Origin: Reclinomonas americana ATCC 50394
Lineage: Eukaryota
DNA: 64,000 nucleotides
Direction: 5' to 3'
NCBI GenBank assembly: GCA_048213135.1
Contig: PS015009.1
Coordinates: 186,001 to 250,000, forward strand
Shown: positions 60,201-64,000 of the stretch, in pieces
Layout of the letters: every line of letters starts with the position of its first letter
Numbering within the stretch: the stretch's first letter is position 1
Program-made: the position numbers and the translations under genes
Notes under the pieces: generated by a model
The model's database searches: none
Seen by the model: only the letters and a program-made list of their open reading frames with translations
What the model was told of the DNA's origin: nothing

Positions 60201-62541
60201 ACTCCCAGGTAACAGACTGATCACCTTCCGCAGTGCTTAGAAACACCAGTTGTTCATCGGGCAGTTCCTTGTTGATCTCGAAACCACAAACGGTTTCATC
60301 ATCTTTACCAGCTATATAAATAATGTTGGAGTAGTCGATACTGTCGAGGCCACTAAGGACCTGGTCGCGGTATTTTTTGAAGAAAGTAAGGTCGGATGCT
60401 TCTGGTATATTCCAGTCAAATAAAGAAGCTTCCTTCATCTGTTTCCAGGTAGCTGCTGAAGCAAAGTCGGCTGGCTGACTGCTCAATGGGAGCAACCCCA
60501 GCAAACCGGGGAACTGCCGGAATACATCGAGCAGTTCTTTCTTGGTATGATTAAGGTCGATCTTGGCCAGTTTACTGATGATGGGATCTTTACCAGCCAG
60601 TACATAAGGTATGCGGTGCGAGCCTCCCAGCGGGGCGCCCAGCAGCAGCAGGCGGAAGCCCGGTGTGGCGTTGAGTTGTTTCCAGGTTTGCGGATGACGT
60701 ATGATAAAATCGCGGCTCACCACACCTCCCATGGAATGTCCTACAATGCGTATGGGCTGATTAAGAGGCAGGTAGCGCAGTATCCTTTCGTTCAATGCAT
60801 CGGCTGCATCGGCGAGTGGTCGCCGCCAGTCGAACGGAAAGGTGACCACATCGTATGTTCCGTCAAAATGATCGACAATTTTTTTGTAGGATGTTTTGAT
60901 GAGTGAAGTAGCGGCAATACCTTCTTTTCGTATATCCAGTCGCGTTAGTTCCCCCATCAGGAACCGGAGATAATTGATCCAGACGAGTTTGTCTTTTACT
61001 TTCAGGTTCGATCCCATGATCCCCGGCAGGAGGATGAGGATGGGTTTGGTACCGGAAACCTCATCGCGGTATACGCTTCCGCCATCCAGTCCCAGCAGGG
61101 CATTCCTGTCAAGCGTGGCTTCTTCATCCTGCTGCAGCGTAGTAAAATTGGGTATCGCCGGCACGGATATATTCCTTAATGCCAGCAGCAACGCATCCTG
61201 TGTGCGCCTGTTCCTGAAATAGCGTACGTGATCCACTTCCGCTCCTTCATCAAAAAAGTATTGTATGGTTCCTGTTCTGTGACTGCCGCAGTACATGGAA
61301 CGGGTATCCACTACCAGGTCGTTATCGCGGAAGTAAAACAGTTTACTGGCGATCACCAGCAACGCTTTCAGATTCAACCCAATGCCGGTATTGCCCGATA
61401 TGACAGCCAGCGGTGCATTGATCCTTGTGTCGGGGTTGTTGAGTACTTTCAGGAAAGGAGAATCGGGGTTCATCGATTCCAGCCCGGGTAATTCAGTGGG
61501 GTCGTTCTTCACTTCCACAGCCGCGCTGATCAGTTCCCTGAATTCTCCCGCCACCAGTTTCATTACAGGTCCGCCGATCAATCCCAGCAGGTTAAAACTG
61601 ATGTTTAAAAAATGATCCAGCCGTTTGGAAAGAATGGTGGTTCCATAGGCCGGGCAGGCCACACGAATGTGCTGTTCCAGCCGCAGTTTCTTTGATGATG
61701 CCAGTTGCCGGAGGGCATAGATGAAATTGATGTCATCGGCACGATTGCATTTTTGCAGGTAAGCAATCTCGGTATCGGTAAAACCATTGTTGTCGTTACA
61801 GAAACGCGACAACACATCGCCCACCAGCCCGCCACGTGAATGGGAGATCACATGCAATACGGCACCTGCGGGCAGCTCATTCATCAGTTCGGCGACATTT
61901 TGCAAGGGGCTTTTGGTAAGCGTCTCGTGCTCAAAACCCAGTATGTTGCCGCTGTAAGTATTTACGATATGCGTCCACAATTCTGAATTGTATATATCCC
62001 CGAAAGCACCTACCGTGTAGGAGTTGGTCCCGTGTATGAAAAGCAGGTAAGGTTTGTCAGATTTTTTAGGCGCAGCTTTTGTAAACTGGAAGGAATTATT
62101 GATCGAATACAGTCCGCTCCTGCCTTCCAGCAGTTTTTTCTCCAGGCCTATGGCGATGTCCTTCACTTTGCGGGTCACCGCTTTTTTAGTGAACACGTTC
62201 AGTATTTTCAAAGCGATATCGCCAATGAAACCACGTTTGTTATCCCCGGAATCGAGATAAGCGGGCAGTTCAAATGTTTCACCTGCTGCACGTTTGCGTC
62301 CTGTGGCCTCAGGAAAGACATGATAGAGCGAATCGGTACCACCAAACCAGGTGCTGTCATCATCAAAGATAAATTCGAGGAGATCGTTCTCGCCGAGGTT
62401 GAGTTCATGTACCTCGCCGATGGCCCTTGTAGCGCTGACCTGGTAGCTGGCTTTCCACTCCAGGCGGGCATCGTTAGCGGTTTGCCTGGATACGGTTTCA
62501 GCGCCATCGTTTTTAATACCACGCAGAACGATCTTTTTCAT
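57232..62541 (-). CDS. Large multidomain protein: two alpha/beta-hydrolase domains, a CHAT caspase-like domain and a helical/TPR-like tail
   Basis: HGTNS..SHSRGG; PGIMGS..FDWR..GHSMGG; YPWELL..HLAGHG..FVNCC..AYQCYGDP; start taken at MKKIVL. Confidence 0.85.
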   Translation of the reverse strand: MKKIVLRGIKNDGAETVSRQTANDARLEWKASYQVSATRAIGEVHELNLGENDLLEFIFDDDSTWFGGTDSLYHVFPEATGRKRAAGETFELPAYLDSGDNKRGFIGDIALKILNVFTKKAVTRKVKDIAIGLEKKLLEGRSGLYSINNSFQFTKAAPKKSDKPYLLFIHGTNSYTVGAFGDIYNSELWTHIVNTYSGNILGFEHETLTKSPLQNVAELMNELPAGAVLHVISHSRGGLVGDVLSRFCNDNNGFTDTEIAYLQKCNRADDINFIYALRQLASSKKLRLEQHIRVACPAYGTTILSKRLDHFLNISFNLLGLIGGPVMKLVAGEFRELISAAVEVKNDPTELPGLESMNPDSPFLKVLNNPDTRINAPLAVISGNTGIGLNLKALLVIASKLFYFRDNDLVVDTRSMYCGSHRTGTIQYFFDEGAEVDHVRYFRNRRTQDALLLALRNISVPAIPNFTTLQQDEEATLDRNALLGLDGGSVYRDEVSGTKPILILLPGIMGSNLKVKDKLVWINYLRFLMGELTRLDIRKEGIAATSLIKTSYKKIVDHFDGTYDVVTFPFDWRRPLADAADALNERILRYLPLNQPIRIVGHSMGGVVSRDFIIRHPQTWKQLNATPGFRLLLLGAPLGGSHRIPYVLAGKDPIISKLAKIDLNHTKKELLDVFRQFPGLLGLLPLSSQPADFASAATWKQMKEASLFDWNIPEASDLTFFKKYRDQVLSGLDSIDYSNIIYIAGKDDETVCGFEINKELPDEQLVFLSTAEGDQSVTWESGIPKQLIGSDGLYYVNVTHGALANEPSIFNGIAEILSTGKTGLLSKVRPVTRTAGTVFRATEKESFDIDPAGLERTLLGLPEPKVTTTEVNRVPLKVSISHGDLLYSRYPILVGHFRNDGIMSAESVIDYYMGGALMERQRLGMYPGDIGSNEVMLKAGSDFNGTVVMGLGDPGALTVYQLILTVEQGILKYMLESRTTGMKDNAENGISSLLIGAGYGGLSTESSLRAIIQGIQNANDKIQAMGLDQLNAITHIEFVELYEDRCLQCLYTLTRLAAEENTALNIRLSGQHIKKLFGSRLRLPLESSSEWWKRISVVLMEEQKLDTAQPVRSLRFSASTGSAREEQRDLFTTPVIIEQLINDLSTDNHWSDALARTVFELLIPNDFKENIRRQSNTIWILDKVTAGYPWELLQDAGNGSQPLCCNAGMIRQLYTPDFRIRIKPVANSKALIVGDPDLAGYAFASQLPGAEKEAHLVNRLLSDNGFDTGNTCIHSSSSAIIRALFQDDYKVIHLAGHGIFNEDLSQPSGMLIGNNVFLSTREICQMSTVPELVFVNCCFLGKMDGGAEKYYRDRFRLAANIGTQLIENGVKVVVAAGWAVDDDAAYHFTEVFYSRMLAGNNFGQAVLAARQSTFTRYPNTNTWGAYQCYGDPFFTLAKPGKPSAAKPYRYMIPQEAVIDLDNLLNKTDVKGYTAASLLSTLEAISLAVDEQGIRNAGITEKEAIAYAEFNQQEKAIEKFESLLRMEQAGFSVTALERYCNIRAKKCVSDWMAGISKSSQPAKLDKVIGDMEQLLGMSPTAERFCLMAKAYKSKALISSTRPQKLAALAQAASYFHKAVTKTDNNYKGYALSNWLAIEYVLVELGKHKWGADTPQRYHLPALKEIKEALKTFIDQAADVSGDMDFWGRIDQVNARLILWLLEGKGAEKAAEKQLREAFAGIWNSAGSQNKKISQKSHFEFLITMLSLAEGAVSKIKTIRQIKSDLENMIK

Positions 62542-62788
62542 ATGCAGGATTTTTTGGTGAGATGAAAATAAGATTTTTATTTTTCCCACCTTCAGTGGGT
62601 TTTTATTTTAACACAGAAAACAAGAGAGCACAAGGGTTCTGCAGAGAATTTTATCCTGCGACAGGTCTGAGCACAAAAAAAGCAACACTATTCATGTTGC
62701 TTCCTTATGCATTTTGTTACCTCAAATATCATGACTTATCCTGCCGGATGAAGTCAATTATCTCATCATCAGATTTGCAAATTATCAA

Positions 62789-64000
62789 TTATCTTTTTGT
62801 CATCCCCTGCATCCTGCCCATCGGCATTTTGTTCATCATTTTCATCATGCCTTTCATTTGTTCAAACTGTTTCAGGAACTGGTTCAGTTCGTTCATATCA
62901 CGACCACTTCCCCTGGAAATGCGTTCTTTCCTGCTGGCATTGATCAGGTCGGGATTACGGCGTTCTTCGAGGGTCATGGCATTGATCATGGCTTCAATAC
63001 CTTTGAAGGAATCGTTACTGATGTCGATATCTTTGATCTGTTTGCCCACACCGGGTATCATGCCCATCAGGTCTTTCAGGTTACCCATTTTTTTGATCTG
63101 CTGCAGCTGGGTTTTGAAGTCCTCGAAATCGAACTGATTTTTGCGGATCTTTTTTTCCAGGCGTGCGGCTTCTTTTTCATCAAACTGCTCCTGCGCTTTT
63201 TCTACCAGGCTTACGATATCACCCATGCCCAGGATACGCTGCGCCATCCTTTCAGGATAGAACACATCCAGCGTTTCCATTTTTTCCCCGTTACTGGCAA
63301 ACTTGATCGGTTTGTTAACGGTGTATTTAATGGAAAGAGCTGCACCACCGCGGGTATCACCATCAAGCTTGGTCAGCACCACGCCGCTGAAATCGAGTCT
63401 TTCATTGAAAGCGGCTGCGGTATTCACAGCATCCTGGCCGGTCATACTGTCTACTACGAACAATATCTCATCGGGTTTTACCGCTTCCTTTACATTCGCC
63501 ACTTCAGTCATCATCACTTCATCAACGGCCAAACGACCGGCAGTATCGATGATCACCACATTTTTATTCCTTGACTTCGCCGCAGCAATGGCATTCTTCG
63601 CAATGCTGACAGCATCTTTATTTTCGCGTTCGCTGTATACATCAACGCCCACCTGTCCGCCGAGTACTTCCAGCTGGTCAATCGCCGCAGGACGGTAAAT
63701 ATCAGCTGCCACCAACAGGGGTGATTTGCCCTTTTTGGTTTTAAGATAATTGGCCAGCTTACCACTGAAAGTGGTTTTACCACTACCCTGCAAACCCGCT
63801 ACCAGTATAACCGCCGGGTTGCCGGTGATGTTGAATTCGCTTTCGCTGCCGCCCATCAGTTCAGTGAGTTCGTCCTGTACGATCTTTACCATTTGCTGCC
63901 CGGGGTTAACCGACAGCAGTACTTTGGAACCGATCGCTTTTTCTTTCACTTTATCGGTGAATTCTTTCGCGATCTTGTAGTTCACATCCGCGTCTACCAG
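62789..64000 (-). CDS. ffh: Signal recognition particle protein Ffh (N-terminus outside the window)
   Basis: GLQGSGKTT, DTAGR, TKLDGDTRGGAALS, Met-rich M domain. Confidence 0.97.
   Translation of the reverse strand: MVDADVNYKIAKEFTDKVKEKAIGSKVLLSVNPGQQMVKIVQDELTELMGGSESEFNITGNPAVILVAGLQGSGKTTFSGKLANYLKTKKGKSPLLVAADIYRPAAIDQLEVLGGQVGVDVYSERENKDAVSIAKNAIAAAKSRNKNVVIIDTAGRLAVDEVMMTEVANVKEAVKPDEILFVVDSMTGQDAVNTAAAFNERLDFSGVVLTKLDGDTRGGAALSIKYTVNKPIKFASNGEKMETLDVFYPERMAQRILGMGDIVSLVEKAQEQFDEKEAARLEKKIRKNQFDFEDFKTQLQQIKKMGNLKDLMGMIPGVGKQIKDIDISNDSFKGIEAMINAMTLEERRNPDLINASRKERISRGSGRDMNELNQFLKQFEQMKGMMKMMNKMPMGRMQGMTKR

Noticed and set aside
62562-63137. 191-aa plus-strand ORF
   Set aside because: Mostly antisense to ffh, with no recognisable motifs.

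Overview
A 64-kb chromosomal segment from a Bacteroidota genome, probably Chitinophagaceae-like. This is inferred from TAnnTTTG promoter boxes, lipoproteins and a probable T9SS-type C-terminal domain. The core genes are mnmE (partial), an ExbB/ExbD/TonB cluster, a full nuoA-N complex I operon, a TonB/PstS-like/TPR cluster, hisS, an ABC module, a thiolase, rlmN, two pseudouridine synthases, dinB, rimM, rpsP and ffh (partial). An AT-rich accessory island at about 32.0-40.2 kb holds four things: a candidate lipoprotein toxin/immunity trio; an uncharacterised 166-aa gene followed by a non-coding array of twelve 19-bp palindromes with a 45-bp higher-order period, next to a SymE-like/XRE pair; two AT-rich genes bounded by attC-like sites with no integrase; and a ParDE-type toxin-antitoxin pair. 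A giant double-lipase plus CHAT (caspase-like) protein lies between ffh and rpsP. Several nuo gene junctions are filled by short-repeat hairpin elements. One junction carries an internally deleted GxxExxY gene enclosed by a 27-bp stem that pairs fully only on the mRNA strand. All calls come from reading the sequence and recalled family motifs; no searches were run.
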